Below are positions 52,418 to 62,412 of a stretch of 64,000 nucleotides of DNA, one piece after another. The notes beneath the pieces were generated by a model. That model was not told the DNA's origin and did no database searches. It worked only from the letters and a program-made list of their open reading frames with translations. This stretch comes from an uncultured delta proteobacterium. GTDB taxonomy: Bacteria > Desulfobacterota > Binatia > DP-6. The position numbers and the translations under genes were made by a program. Location: the NCBI GenBank assembly GCA_963815115.1, contig CAWFFN010000012.1, positions 672,001 through 736,000 on the forward strand. Direction: 5' to 3'. Numbering within the stretch: position 1 is the first letter of the stretch; each line of letters opens with the position of its first letter.

Positions 52418-53509
52418 ATGCCTGATCGGTGGGATGGAACCCCGCGACGCACGCCGCAGGACAGCCTGGGCCAGCTGGTGGACCTGTCGGAACGCTTGCG
52501 ACAGCGGCTCGGGGAGGCGCGCGGCGGCGGCTGGTGGCGCCTGAGTCCGTGGTGGGTCGTGGGCGTCCTGCTCGTCCTGTGGGCGCTCTCCGGCATCTAC
52601 ATCGTCGCGCCGGACCAGCGCGGCATGGTGCTGCGCTTCGGCAAGGTGGTGGCCGAAACCGATCCGGGCCCGCACTACCACCTGCCCTGGCCCATCGAGC
52701 AGGTGCTGCGCCCCAGCGTGACCGCGATCCGCAAGGAGGAGGTCGGCTTCCGCACCGTCGAGGTCGGGCCGCCGGCGCGCTACCAGGAGGTCGACGCCGA
52801 GGCGCTCATGCTGACGGGAGACGAGAACATCGTGAAGCTCGAGTTCATCGTGCAGTACAAGGTGCGTGCCGACGCCACCGGCACATCCGACTTCCTCTTC
52901 AAGGTCCGCGACCCCGAGGGCGCGGTGCGGGCGGCCGCCGAGGCCGGGATGCGCGAGGTGATCGGACGCACGGCCATCGACCAGGTCCTGACCGAGGGCA
53001 AGGCGCAGGTGCAGCTCGAGGCGCAGCAGCTGCTCCAGAGCATCCTCGACCGCTACGGCGCCGGCATCGAGGTCGTCACCGTGAAGCTCCAGGACGTCGA
53101 CCCGCCCGATCAGGTGTCCGACGCCTTCAAGGACGTGATCAGCGCGCAGCAGGACAAGGAGCGGCTCATCAACGAGGCCCGCGGCTACGCCAACGACGTG
53201 GTGCCGCGCGCGCGCGGCCAGGCGGCGCAGACGGTGAACGAGGCCGAGGCCTACCGGGAGACGAAGGTACGCGAGGCCACCGGCAGCGCGAAGCGCTTCA
53301 CGGCGCAGCAGGAGGAGTACGCCAAGGCGAGGGACGTGACGCGCCGGCGGCTCTATCTCGAGACCATGGAGATCATCCTGCCGGCCGCGAACAAGATCGT
53401 GATGGACGATCTCGCCGGGAAGCAGACGGTCCCCTATCTGCCCCTCGAGTCCGTCCTGCCGCGCCGCGAGCCGCCCGCGCCGGAGGCGCCGGCCGGGGGA
53501 AGGCGCTGA
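52418..53509 (+). CDS. hflK: FtsH modulator HflK
   Basis: VLRFGK, MLTGDENIV, AFKDVISA, VPRARG, RRLYLETME. Confidence 0.93.
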   Translation: MPDRWDGTPRRTPQDSLGQLVDLSERLRQRLGEARGGGWWRLSPWWVVGVLLVLWALSGIYIVAPDQRGMVLRFGKVVAETDPGPHYHLPWPIEQVLRPSVTAIRKEEVGFRTVEVGPPARYQEVDAEALMLTGDENIVKLEFIVQYKVRADATGTSDFLFKVRDPEGAVRAAAEAGMREVIGRTAIDQVLTEGKAQVQLEAQQLLQSILDRYGAGIEVVTVKLQDVDPPDQVSDAFKDVISAQQDKERLINEARGYANDVVPRARGQAAQTVNEAEAYRETKVREATGSAKRFTAQQEEYAKARDVTRRRLYLETMEIILPAANKIVMDDLAGKQTVPYLPLESVLPRREPPAPEAPAGGRR

Positions 53510-53511
53510 CC

Positions 53512-54387
53512 ATGGAACGTCGCTGGCTCGCGCTGTTCGGCGTGATCGCCTTTCTCATCGCGGTCTGGAACCTGGCGCTCTTCACCGTGCCGCAGTGGAT
53601 GCAGGCCATGGTGGTGCAGCTGGGCGAGCCCGTGCGCGTGGTGCGCGAGCCGGGGCTGTACTGGAAGATCCCGTTCATCCAGCAGGTGACCTACTTCGAT
53701 CGCCGGCTCCTCGACTACGACGCCTCGTCGAAGGACATCCTGACCATCGACAAGCAGCAGCTCTCGGTCGACAACTACTCGCGCTGGCGCATCGCCGACC
53801 CTCTCCAGTTCTACCGCACGGTGCGTGACGAGCGTGGTGCGCAGTCGCGTCTCGACGACATCGTCTACTCGGACCTGCGCGAGACGCTCGGCCGTCACAC
53901 GCTGCGGGACATCGTGAGCGACAAGCGCGACCAGCTGATGGCGGACGTCACGGCGCGCAGCGCGGAGAAGGCAAAGGTCTACGGCATCGAGGTGGTCGAC
54001 GTGCGCATCAAGCGCGCCGACCTGCCCGAGAAGAACGAGCAGACCGTGTTCGGCCGCATGCGCAGCGAGCGCGAGCGGCAGGCGAAGAAATTCCGCGCCG
54101 AGGGCGACGAGGAGGCGCGCAAGATCCGCTCCGAGTCCGACAAGCAGGTCCAGATCCTCCTCGCCGACGCCACCCAGCAGGGCCAGGTGATCCGCGGCGA
54201 GGGCGACGCCAACGCCACCCGCGTCTTCGCCGAGGCCTACGGCCGCGATCCCGAGTTCTACGCCTTCCAGCGCACCCTCGAGGCCTATCGCACGGCGCTC
54301 GCGAGCGGCACCACGGTGATCCTGTCGCCGAAGAGCGAGTTCTTCCGCTTCCTCGAACGGGCCGAGTCGGGTGGTGAGACCAAGTGA
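53512..54387 (+). CDS. hflC: FtsH modulator HflC
   Basis: [41 protein letters not shown]. Confidence 0.93.
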   Translation: MERRWLALFGVIAFLIAVWNLALFTVPQWMQAMVVQLGEPVRVVREPGLYWKIPFIQQVTYFDRRLLDYDASSKDILTIDKQQLSVDNYSRWRIADPLQFYRTVRDERGAQSRLDDIVYSDLRETLGRHTLRDIVSDKRDQLMADVTARSAEKAKVYGIEVVDVRIKRADLPEKNEQTVFGRMRSERERQAKKFRAEGDEEARKIRSESDKQVQILLADATQQGQVIRGEGDANATRVFAEAYGRDPEFYAFQRTLEAYRTALASGTTVILSPKSEFFRFLERAESGGETK

Positions 54388-54677
54388 TCCGGGCGCTCTT
54401 CTTCCTGATCCTGGCGATCGTGGTGGCGCGCGTGGTGCGCGGGCTGCTCGCACCGCCGCGTCCGGCGAGCGACCGCGAGGCACCGTCGAGGTGGGACCCG
54501 TGGGCGGTCCTCGGCGTCACGCGCGGCGCCTCGCGCGACGAGATCGTGCGCGCCTACCGCGAGCAGCTCAAGCGCTACCATCCCGATCGCGTCGCGGACC
54601 TCGGTCCGGAGCTGCAGGAGGTGGCGCACCGGAAGACCGTGGAGCTGCAGCGCGCCTACGCCGAGCTGAACGGATAG
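54384..54677 (+). CDS. Small membrane-anchored J-domain protein
   Basis: N-terminal TM; DPWAVLGV...[14 protein letters not shown]; GTGA overlap with hflC. Confidence 0.85.
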   Translation: MIRALFFLILAIVVARVVRGLLAPPRPASDREAPSRWDPWAVLGVTRGASRDEIVRAYREQLKRYHPDRVADLGPELQEVAHRKTVELQRAYAELNG

Positions 54678-54784
54678 CGGGAACGCGGGCCGCCGGTCAG
54701 ACGTTCATTTATTTCACGCCGCTCGGGTGGGCGCGGCGCGCCGCCGTTCCCGCCGGCGCGCTGGCGCGTGGCAGGAACCGTGCG

Positions 54785-55132
54785 GTGAATGTCCTTGCCG
54801 CCCGCGATGTTGCCACCGAGCTGCGTCACGTGACGGCCGATGCCGGCCTCATCGTCATGCCGACCGACACGCCCGCGTCGCTTCCCGCTCCCGACCTGGT
54901 GGTGATTCCCGGATCGAGCCGTCCCTTCGGGCCGCTCGCGGATCGGGCGCTCCTCGACTGGGTGAGGCAGGCGGCACGATCGGCGACGTGGCTCGCCTCG
55001 GTGTGCACCGGCGCCGGATCACCGGAGAAGGCGGGCCCGGATCTGGTCGCAGCGACGCTGGCGCAATTCGCCGGCGGCGTCGATCCGGCCGATCTCGACC
55101 CGGCGATGCGCGAGCGGCTGGTAACGAGCTGA
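54785..55132 (+). pseudogene. DJ-1/PfpI (InhA-like) remnant with internal deletion
   Basis: VTADAGL..PDLVVIPG..LLDWVRQ..ASVCTG joined directly to C-terminal AGSPEKA; no family N-terminus. Confidence 0.6.
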
Positions 55133-55303
55133 AGCCGCGCCACCGCGACGACTCGACCGGGCACGGCTACCCCTCAGGCCGGTGCGCTTGCCCCCGGCGC
55201 CGATCCCGGGTCGAGGTATCCTGCCGGCCCTACACCGCGCCCGACCACCATGGTAAGCCGCGTCGGACGGCCCGACCCCGCCGCCCAGACGATGCCTTGC
55301 AGG

Positions 55304-56713
55304 ATGCCATCCCGCTCCCTGATCGGATCGCTGCTCTCCCTCCTGATCTGCGGGATGGCGCTCGCGGTTCCACCCGCAGGCCCCACGGGCGCCCTGAACG
55401 CCGATCCCGCCCAGGTCCAGCGCATGCTGAAGCTGCTCGCCGGCGTCGCGAGCGAGTACCGCGAGGCGTTCGACGATCAGGGTGCGGTGGTGCGCCCGAT
55501 CGACTTCGACGAGACGCGCCTCCTGCTCGGCGAGGTGGAGGAGCTGAGCGCGCCGTTGCGTGCGGCCGATCCGGGGCTGAAGGACATCATCACGGCGCTT
55601 TCCTCGCTGGTCGGCATGCACGTCCCCCCGAACGTCGTCGCAGCCTACACGGAGGTCGCGCGGCGCTACCTCACGAGCGCCACCGGCGTGCGTGAGGAGA
55701 TCCTGCCCCGGGAGCGGCCGTCGCCGGCGCGCGGGCAGGCCCTGTTCCAGGAGAACTGTGCGGGCTGTCATGGCGCGGGCGGGGCGGGCGACGGTCCGGA
55801 TGCGGCGCACCTCGCGATCACGCCTGCCAACTTCACCGATCGCGCCTTCATGCGTGGCGAAACGCCCCGCGACGCCTTCAACGTCATCATGCTGGGGCGC
55901 CAGAAGAGCGGCATGCCGGCGTGGGGTGACTCGCTCTCGCCGCAGCAGGCGTGGGATCTGGTGAGCTACGTCTGGTCGCTCGGCAGGACGCCCGCCGAGG
56001 TCGAGGCCGGGCGGCAGGTCTACGGCGCGCGCTGTGCCGGCTGTCACGGCGCCAGCGGCGATCCGGCGACCTCCGGTGCGCCCATCCTCGAGCGCCCGGG
56101 CCGCAGCCTGGCGGCGCTGGTCGACGGCGCCGGTCGTGCCGACGCGGACGTGTTCGCGGCCGTCGGCGGAGGCGTCGCGAACACAGCGATGCCCGCATTC
56201 GGACAGGTCCTGAGCGACGATCAGCGGTGGGCGGTCGTCGCCTTCGTGCGGACGCTGTCGCTCGAGGGCGCCCCGGGGACGTCCGGCGATCCGATGGAGC
56301 CCGATCACGTGGCCGAGCTGGGCGAGGTCCGGCGGGCGGTCGGCGCCGCGCTCGAGGCGCACCGGCGCGGGGACCCGGGCGCGATGGCCTTCGCGACCAA
56401 CGCCTATCTCCGCTTCGAGCCGCTGGAGAAGCTCCTGGCGGAGAGCGACGCCAGCCGCATCGACCCGCTCGAGCAGGCCTTCGTCGCCTTCCGTACCGCG
56501 CTCGGCAACCCCGCGGCCGGCGATGCAGACCTGCGCGGCCGCCAGCTGCAGGATGCCCTGGACGGTGCCGCCCCTCTCCTGCGGCCCCGCGGCGGGCCGG
56601 CGGGAGGCGCACCGCTCGAGAGGCGTCTCGCGCTGGTGCTGAGCGCCGGGCTCGTGCTGCTCGCCATGGCCTACGCCATCCGGCTCTACTCGCGGCGTCC
56701 GATGACGCCGTGA
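55304..56713 (+). CDS. Exported dihaem cytochrome c with C-terminal TM anchor
   Basis: Signal peptide; two CAGCH motifs each followed by MPAW/MPAF; terminal hydrophobic helix. Confidence 0.85.
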   Translation: MPSRSLIGSLLSLLICGMALAVPPAGPTGALNADPAQVQRMLKLLAGVASEYREAFDDQGAVVRPIDFDETRLLLGEVEELSAPLRAADPGLKDIITALSSLVGMHVPPNVVAAYTEVARRYLTSATGVREEILPRERPSPARGQALFQENCAGCHGAGGAGDGPDAAHLAITPANFTDRAFMRGETPRDAFNVIMLGRQKSGMPAWGDSLSPQQAWDLVSYVWSLGRTPAEVEAGRQVYGARCAGCHGASGDPATSGAPILERPGRSLAALVDGAGRADADVFAAVGGGVANTAMPAFGQVLSDDQRWAVVAFVRTLSLEGAPGTSGDPMEPDHVAELGEVRRAVGAALEAHRRGDPGAMAFATNAYLRFEPLEKLLAESDASRIDPLEQAFVAFRTALGNPAAGDADLRGRQLQDALDGAAPLLRPRGGPAGGAPLERRLALVLSAGLVLLAMAYAIRLYSRRPMTP

Positions 56714-56829
56714 CGAGAATTGTCTTGACGCGAATTCGCTCGACCACGTATCCAACTAAAGGTGGACGTTTGCCGTCCTCGTCCTCCTGGGCGGGGGCCG
56801 GAATGCCAGAGCACATCGGGAGAGTGACC

Positions 56830-58377
56830 ATGACGACGTGTTCGAGAATTCGTGACGCGCTGCTCGCGGCCGGGGTTGGTGCCGTTCTGGTCCTGGGCGC
56901 TCCCGCCGCGCAGGCCGACGGCAACCTCAACAACGTGAATCACATCATCATCGTGATGCAGGAGAACCACTCCTACGACAACTACTTCGGCGTGCTGGGG
57001 TACGTGCCGAACTCGCCGTACCACAACACCAAGAAGCATCGGGGCTGCGCCCCGACCGACACCACCTGCGTCGACGGCCTCAAGTGCAAGGTTCCGGTGA
57101 AGACCGGCGTGCTCACCTGCTCCAACAAGAACCCGAGCAACTTCCCGGGGACCGTCAGGTCGTTCCACGAGCCGCGCTTCTGCACCGGCCCGGACCTCGA
57201 TCACAGCTGGGACGGCAGCCACCAGGAAGGCAACTTCAAGAAGGTCAACAACATGCTGCGGTCGAGCCCGAACAACGGCTTCGTCCGGGTGAGCGCGGAG
57301 ACGGAAGGAGGGGACCAGATCTTCAACCACGACACGATGGGGTACTACGACGACGGCGACCTTCCCTTCTACTACGACATCGCCAAGAACTTCGCGATCA
57401 GCGATCGGTACTTCTGCGCCGTGATCGGCCAGACCTTCCCGAACCGCTCCTACCTGGTCGCCGGCACGTCGTTCGGCCACCTCACGACGAGCGAGGTCTT
57501 CCCCCCGTCGGGCGGCTACAAGCCGATCACGGGCACGATCTACGACCGGCTCGAGGCCGCCGGCGTCTCATGGGTCGACTACTACACCGATCTGCCGTAC
57601 TCCTTGATCTTCCGGCCGGCCGTCTTCACCGAGCATCAGAAGAACATCTCGACCTTCGCCGCCGATGCCGCCGCGGGCACGCTGCCGTCGGTGGCGTTCG
57701 TCGACGCCGCGATCCTGGTGGACCAGCCGCTCAACGGATCCAACTACGAGACCGACGAGCATCCCCCCGCGAACATCCGCGCCGGTCAGTACGTGGTCTC
57801 CCAGGTCATGACCGCGCTTCGCAACAGCCCGAGCTGGAACGACTCGATCGTCTTCCTGACCTACGACGAGCACGGCGGCTACTACGACCACGTCATGCCG
57901 GCCCCGGCGAATCAGGGCGGCGCCGACACACCTGACGGGATCCAGCCGGGACAGTGCGCCGACGCGTCGAGCCTGCCCGCAAGCGCGCAGCCCGGAGGCG
58001 GCGTGCAATGCGATCACAGCTCGACCATGGACGCGCCCGGCATCTGCCCCGACTTCTCCCCGACCGGTACCTATCCCGCCGCGTGCTCCAGCTTCGACCA
58101 GCTCGGGTTCCGCGTTCCGCTGGTGGCGGTCTCCCCGTTCTCGAAGCCGCACTACGTCTCCCACGTGGTGAACTCCCACACCTCGTTCCTGGCGCTCATC
58201 GAGAAGCGGTTTGCCCTGGCGCCGCTGACGGCGAGAGACGCCAACGCCAACGACTTCGAGGACATGTTCGACTTCGACAACTCGCCGTCGCTGAGCATGC
58301 CGCTCGCCGTCGCCGCGCCCCTGCCGCGGCAGCCGCCGGCGGTCGTTCCGGGAGACCCCGGCTGCCCGTTCTCGTGA
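56830..58377 (+). CDS. Exported phosphoesterase / phospholipase C family protein
   Basis: HIIIVMQENHSYDNYFG, TFPNR, DEHP, TYDEHGGYYDHV, GFRVP. Confidence 0.9.
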   Translation: MTTCSRIRDALLAAGVGAVLVLGAPAAQADGNLNNVNHIIIVMQENHSYDNYFGVLGYVPNSPYHNTKKHRGCAPTDTTCVDGLKCKVPVKTGVLTCSNKNPSNFPGTVRSFHEPRFCTGPDLDHSWDGSHQEGNFKKVNNMLRSSPNNGFVRVSAETEGGDQIFNHDTMGYYDDGDLPFYYDIAKNFAISDRYFCAVIGQTFPNRSYLVAGTSFGHLTTSEVFPPSGGYKPITGTIYDRLEAAGVSWVDYYTDLPYSLIFRPAVFTEHQKNISTFAADAAAGTLPSVAFVDAAILVDQPLNGSNYETDEHPPANIRAGQYVVSQVMTALRNSPSWNDSIVFLTYDEHGGYYDHVMPAPANQGGADTPDGIQPGQCADASSLPASAQPGGGVQCDHSSTMDAPGICPDFSPTGTYPAACSSFDQLGFRVPLVAVSPFSKPHYVSHVVNSHTSFLALIEKRFALAPLTARDANANDFEDMFDFDNSPSLSMPLAVAAPLPRQPPAVVPGDPGCPFS

Positions 58378-58381
58378 TCCG

Positions 58382-59191
58382 TCAGCGACCGTAGCGCAGG
58401 CAGATGGCGGCTTCGGGTGACCGCACCCGGAAGGTGAGGCTCTCGAGCACGTAGAGGTTCACCTTCGCGGCGTCGTGGCTGGTGTAGCCGATCGACAGGT
58501 CGCGCCCGACCACCAGCTCGAAATCGCCGCCGCGGGTGCTGAGCACCACCGCGCCGTCGACACCCGGCGCCCACAGCACGTCGCCGTCGAGGACGTGCTT
58601 GACGACGTCGAGGACGGGAAAGCCTCCGGGGCCCATCGCCTGCATCAGACCGGTGTAGCACCGGGGACCGAGGGCGATGGCATAGGGTCCGCCGACGCCC
58701 GCCATCTTGAGGGTACGCACCGCCTCGGCGACGGTCGACGGATAGGCATGGTAGTTGTCCTCGATCCGGAGCGCCTTGTGCGGCGTGCGCTCGCAGATGC
58801 CGGCGATGCCCGCGGCGGTCCAGCCATGGAAGACCGCCCGGTCCTCGGCACGCGCGATCTGGATACATGCCTGGACGAGCGGATCGAAATCCGGATCGAC
58901 CGCGCCGCGCGCGATGTTGTCGAGCTCGACCCGCGACAGGGCGAACGGCGCGCGCAGCTCGGCCAGCGGCTGCACCTGACGCAGCGCGCCCGTCACCCCC
59001 TCGGCCGGCGCGCCCTTGAGCGCATCCACGCGGCCGAGGTTCATGGCGCTCTCGTGCCAGCCCTTGGGGCCCACGAAGTCGACCAGCTTGCGAGCGGCCA
59101 GCTCGACGCCGAGCGCCTGGCGCGCCTGGTCGTCGATTTGCTTCCAGGCCGAGTCCGAGATGGGAGCGAGGTCGCGAAGGAGATCGTTCAT
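58382..59191 (-). CDS. Family 1 encapsulin shell protein (linocin M18-type)
   Basis: LLRDLAPISDSAWKQID, ARKLVDFVGPKG, EDRAVFHG, RGGDFEL..GRDLSIGY, ESLTF. Confidence 0.95.
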   Translation of the reverse strand: MNDLLRDLAPISDSAWKQIDDQARQALGVELAARKLVDFVGPKGWHESAMNLGRVDALKGAPAEGVTGALRQVQPLAELRAPFALSRVELDNIARGAVDPDFDPLVQACIQIARAEDRAVFHGWTAAGIAGICERTPHKALRIEDNYHAYPSTVAEAVRTLKMAGVGGPYAIALGPRCYTGLMQAMGPGGFPVLDVVKHVLDGDVLWAPGVDGAVVLSTRGGDFELVVGRDLSIGYTSHDAAKVNLYVLESLTFRVRSPEAAICLRYGR

Positions 59192-59209
59192 GCGTGCCTC
59201 CGGGTGGCG

Positions 59210-59581
59210 CTAGCGCTTGAGGCTGCCGATGCCGAGCGAGCCGTCGCCGGCGGACGCGCCGCCGGCCTGTCCGCCGCCCTCGGCGGCGGCCTCGCGGCCG
59301 ACGATTGACCCCTCGCCGAAGAGGTACGTGTGCAGCACCTCGTTGAACTTCGCGTCGTGCCGCCGCAGCCACTCGAGCGTCATCGCCGCGTGCTCCTTCT
59401 CCTCATCCCGATTGTGCGCGAGGATCTTCTTCAGCTCCTCATCGCCCGCCGCGTCGACCCGCTGATCGTACCAGTCGATGGCCTCGAGCTCTTCCCCCAG
59501 CGAGGTGATGGCACGGTGACGGTCGACCGTCTCCGGCTTGAGCAGCTTCGCGGCCTCGTGCAGTCCTGCGCTCTGCGGCAT
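59210..59581 (-). CDS. Encapsulated ferritin-like protein (EncFtn/Flp)
   Basis: HRAITSLGEELEAIDWYDQR, HNRDEEKEHAAM; C-terminal cargo-loading peptide GDGSLGIGSLKR. Confidence 0.95.
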   Translation of the reverse strand: MPQSAGLHEAAKLLKPETVDRHRAITSLGEELEAIDWYDQRVDAAGDEELKKILAHNRDEEKEHAAMTLEWLRRHDAKFNEVLHTYLFGEGSIVGREAAAEGGGQAGGASAGDGSLGIGSLKR

Positions 59582-59631
59582 TCGTCACTCCTCCCCGATC
59601 CCGCGCGTTCTCGTGCAAGCGTGGACGCGAG

Positions 59632-60579
59632 TCAACCCTGCGGGCGCGGGCCCAGCTCCTCCCGGATCGAGTACAGCTTCTGGCGCGCGTCGACGAGGTA
59701 GGCGTCGAGGTTGCGGCGATGATTCGCGAAGATGCCGGCGGGGCTGCCGTCGAGCACGACGAGAGGCTTCGCGCTCGCCGCGGCACCGAGCGAGTCGGCC
59801 ACCTCCTCGAGCAGCTTGTGGAGCGTCGGGCGGCCTGCCAGGTCGTCGTGATACTCGCGAAGCAGCGCCAGCGACAGATGGTGCATGACGTGGGCCACGC
59901 CCTGCGCGTGGTAGAAGTAATCGTCGGTGCGCCAGGGCGGCACGCGGCTGCCGTCGCTCTCGCGATCCTTGAAGAGGTTGGCGTGCGCGTCGCCCAGCAT
60001 GTCGCCCCAGCTCTGCACGAGGCGGATCAGCTCGATGACCCGCCCGGTGACGGGCTTCGACTTGGGCGGCGTCGTGCGCAGGCCGTCGATGTACCGCCGC
60101 AGCGCCGCGACCCCCTCGCGAAACTTGCTCTCGGCGGACGGCCACATGAATCGGTTCTCGTCGTTGCGAAACGCGGTGTCTGCGACGACGAGGTTGGGGT
60201 CGTACTCGGTCGACGACACCTTGGTCAGGTGGTCCTTGAGCACGCGGAGGCTCTCGCGCACGGCGAGGATGATGCCACGCTGGCGGTTGGCGTTGTTGTC
60301 GGCGAGGACGTCCGGACCCCAGAGCGCGAAGTCGTTCGGCCGCCAGCCGGTGCCGTCACGCAGCTCGTGGTCCATGATCGCCGCCAGGGTGAAGGCATAG
60401 ATCTCCCCGGGCACGAAGGGACGTTCGGGGGGGTACTCGGCCAGCACGTCGACCGGGAGCCGGTCGTGCGCCTTCTGCGTGAAGTGGAGCACCAGCGGGA
60501 TCGACAGCCCGAGCGCGAGCAGCACCACGAGCACGACCACGGCGGCGTTCCCTCGCTGCGCGTGGCGAGGCGGCGGCAT
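59632..60579 (-). CDS. DUF2333 family protein
   Basis: N-terminal TM; GWRPND, DNNAN, PWRTDDYFYHAQG, GIFANH pattern. Confidence 0.7.
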   Translation of the reverse strand: MPPPRHAQRGNAAVVVLVVLLALGLSIPLVLHFTQKAHDRLPVDVLAEYPPERPFVPGEIYAFTLAAIMDHELRDGTGWRPNDFALWGPDVLADNNANRQRGIILAVRESLRVLKDHLTKVSSTEYDPNLVVADTAFRNDENRFMWPSAESKFREGVAALRRYIDGLRTTPPKSKPVTGRVIELIRLVQSWGDMLGDAHANLFKDRESDGSRVPPWRTDDYFYHAQGVAHVMHHLSLALLREYHDDLAGRPTLHKLLEEVADSLGAAASAKPLVVLDGSPAGIFANHRRNLDAYLVDARQKLYSIREELGPRPQG

Positions 60580-60712
60580 CGGCGTACGGCTAGCACGCGC
60601 CGCCGGTCCGCGGAAGCTGGACCGAGCGGCGGCGCGGGGGAGAAGCGCGTGCGCAAACGACCCGCCGGAATGCGCTGGACCTCCGGCGCGTCCGCTGCTA
60701 CCGCGGAAGCCG

Positions 60713-61093
60713 ATGGCGCTCGTGCTGCTGGTGCTCGCGGCCCTGCTGGTGGCCATGCCCGCAGGCGCCGGCGACGACTATGGACGGCCCCAGGGCAAGC
60801 AGCCCGAAGCCTGGGACCGGCTGAGGGCGATCGACAAATCGATGCAGCACGATGCCGACCACCCCGAGGCAATGGGCGAGGATCCGGGCGATGACGACGA
60901 GCCAGGCGACCTCGGCGCGAAGGCGCCCGCACGCCGCGCCGCTCCGGCGGCGCCCGCGCCCCCCGCGGCTCCCGGTCGCATGCCAGCAACCCCAGGGCGT
61001 CCGCCTGCGGCGCCGACCCGGCCGAACGGGCTCGAGAACCCGATCGGCAGGAGCCCGCTCGCTCCCGAGCCGCCGCCAGCCGACGAGGACTAG
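60713..61093 (+). CDS. Exported Pro/Ala-rich hypothetical protein
   Basis: Hydrophobic signal MALVLLVLAALLVAMPAGA followed by low-complexity sequence. Confidence 0.5.
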   Translation: MALVLLVLAALLVAMPAGAGDDYGRPQGKQPEAWDRLRAIDKSMQHDADHPEAMGEDPGDDDEPGDLGAKAPARRAAPAAPAPPAAPGRMPATPGRPPAAPTRPNGLENPIGRSPLAPEPPPADED

Positions 61094-61105
61094 CGACGGG
61101 ACGTC

Positions 61106-62410
61106 ATGCCGCGGGCGAGCTCTCCGCTCGACGACGAAACGCGACACCTTCTCGTCTACCGCTTCCGGGCGGGGCTCGGGCTCGTCCTCGTCGCCGTCGT
61201 GGTCTTCGCGCTGACCGATCCGCAGGTCCATCCGGAAAGCTTCCGGCAACTCTACCGCCTGGATGCCCTGGAGATCGCGGTCGTGCTCGGTGCCTTCTGG
61301 CTCGTGGGCATCGCCGCCACGGAGACCCAGGTGATCGTCGTCGCCCTGGTCGCGGTGAGCGTCCTCTGCTGCATCACGGCAGTTGCCGGCGCCGTCGCGC
61401 ACGACGCCGCCACCGCGCCCCTCCTGCTCCTCGTCCTCACCCTCGGTGCGGCCACGCTTCTTCCCTGGGGTGTCTGGCCGCAGCTCGTTCTCCAGGTCGT
61501 GGCGACGCTCGCGATCCTGTGGAGCGTCCATCGGGTGCACGGCCTCGAGTCGGCGTCCTCGCTTCCCGTTGCGGTGATCGTGGGTGGCGTGGTCGCGCTG
61601 TACGCGGCGGGCGACTCGGCGCGCTACCATCGCGAGCGGCGCCGGGCGGAGAAGGCCGAAGCGGAGGTGCGAGCCCGCAAGCACCAGGCCGAGCTGGCGC
61701 ACGCCGCCCGGCTCAGCACGCTCGGCGGCATGGCTGCCGGACTGGCGCACGAGATCAACCAGCCGCTGGCAGCGATCGTCAGCTACGCGCGGGGAAGTGC
61801 CCGGCGGCTGCGAGGCGGCGACCTCCAGCCCGATGCGTTGCTGGAGATCGTCGAGTCGATCGCTGCGCAGGCGGTGCGAGCCGGGGCCGTGTTACGCCGC
61901 ATTCGCGACTTCGTCCGCCACCACGAGCTGCCCCGCGAACGCATCGATCTCACCAACCTCGTGCGAGAGGCGGTGCGCTTCGCCGAGGTCGAGGCCCGGC
62001 AGCTCGGGATCGCGTTGCGCGTCGAACCCTCCGCGGCGCCGCTCGAGGTCGAGGTGGACGTGGTACAGATAGAGCAGGTGATCCTGAACCTGGTGCGCAA
62101 CGCCTTCGAGGCGACCACGGGCCGGCTGGACGGCACGCGCACGGTCACCATCTGCAGCCTGCGATCGGCGAGAGGCGCCGAGGTGACCGTCAGCGACACC
62201 GGATCGGGTGTGCCGGCGGACACGGCGGGGCGGCTCTTCGAGCCCTTCTTCACGACGAAGGGCGACGGCCTGGGCCTGGGCCTGTCGATCAGCCGCTCGA
62301 TCGTCGAAGCACACGGCGGGACGCTGTGGGCGGTGCCCAACGCCCCCCGGGGGATGACGTTCCACATGGAGCTGCCGGGTCCTCGCGGCGCTCCGGGCGT
62401 GGCGGCCTGA
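61106..62410 (+). CDS. Membrane sensor histidine kinase (FixL-type kinase core), no adjacent regulator
   Basis: LAHEINQPL, NLVRNA, DTGSG, FEPFFTTK, GLGLGLSI. Confidence 0.92.
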   Translation: MPRASSPLDDETRHLLVYRFRAGLGLVLVAVVVFALTDPQVHPESFRQLYRLDALEIAVVLGAFWLVGIAATETQVIVVALVAVSVLCCITAVAGAVAHDAATAPLLLLVLTLGAATLLPWGVWPQLVLQVVATLAILWSVHRVHGLESASSLPVAVIVGGVVALYAAGDSARYHRERRRAEKAEAEVRARKHQAELAHAARLSTLGGMAAGLAHEINQPLAAIVSYARGSARRLRGGDLQPDALLEIVESIAAQAVRAGAVLRRIRDFVRHHELPRERIDLTNLVREAVRFAEVEARQLGIALRVEPSAAPLEVEVDVVQIEQVILNLVRNAFEATTGRLDGTRTVTICSLRSARGAEVTVSDTGSGVPADTAGRLFEPFFTTKGDGLGLGLSISRSIVEAHGGTLWAVPNAPRGMTFHMELPGPRGAPGVAA

Positions 62411-62412
62411 GG

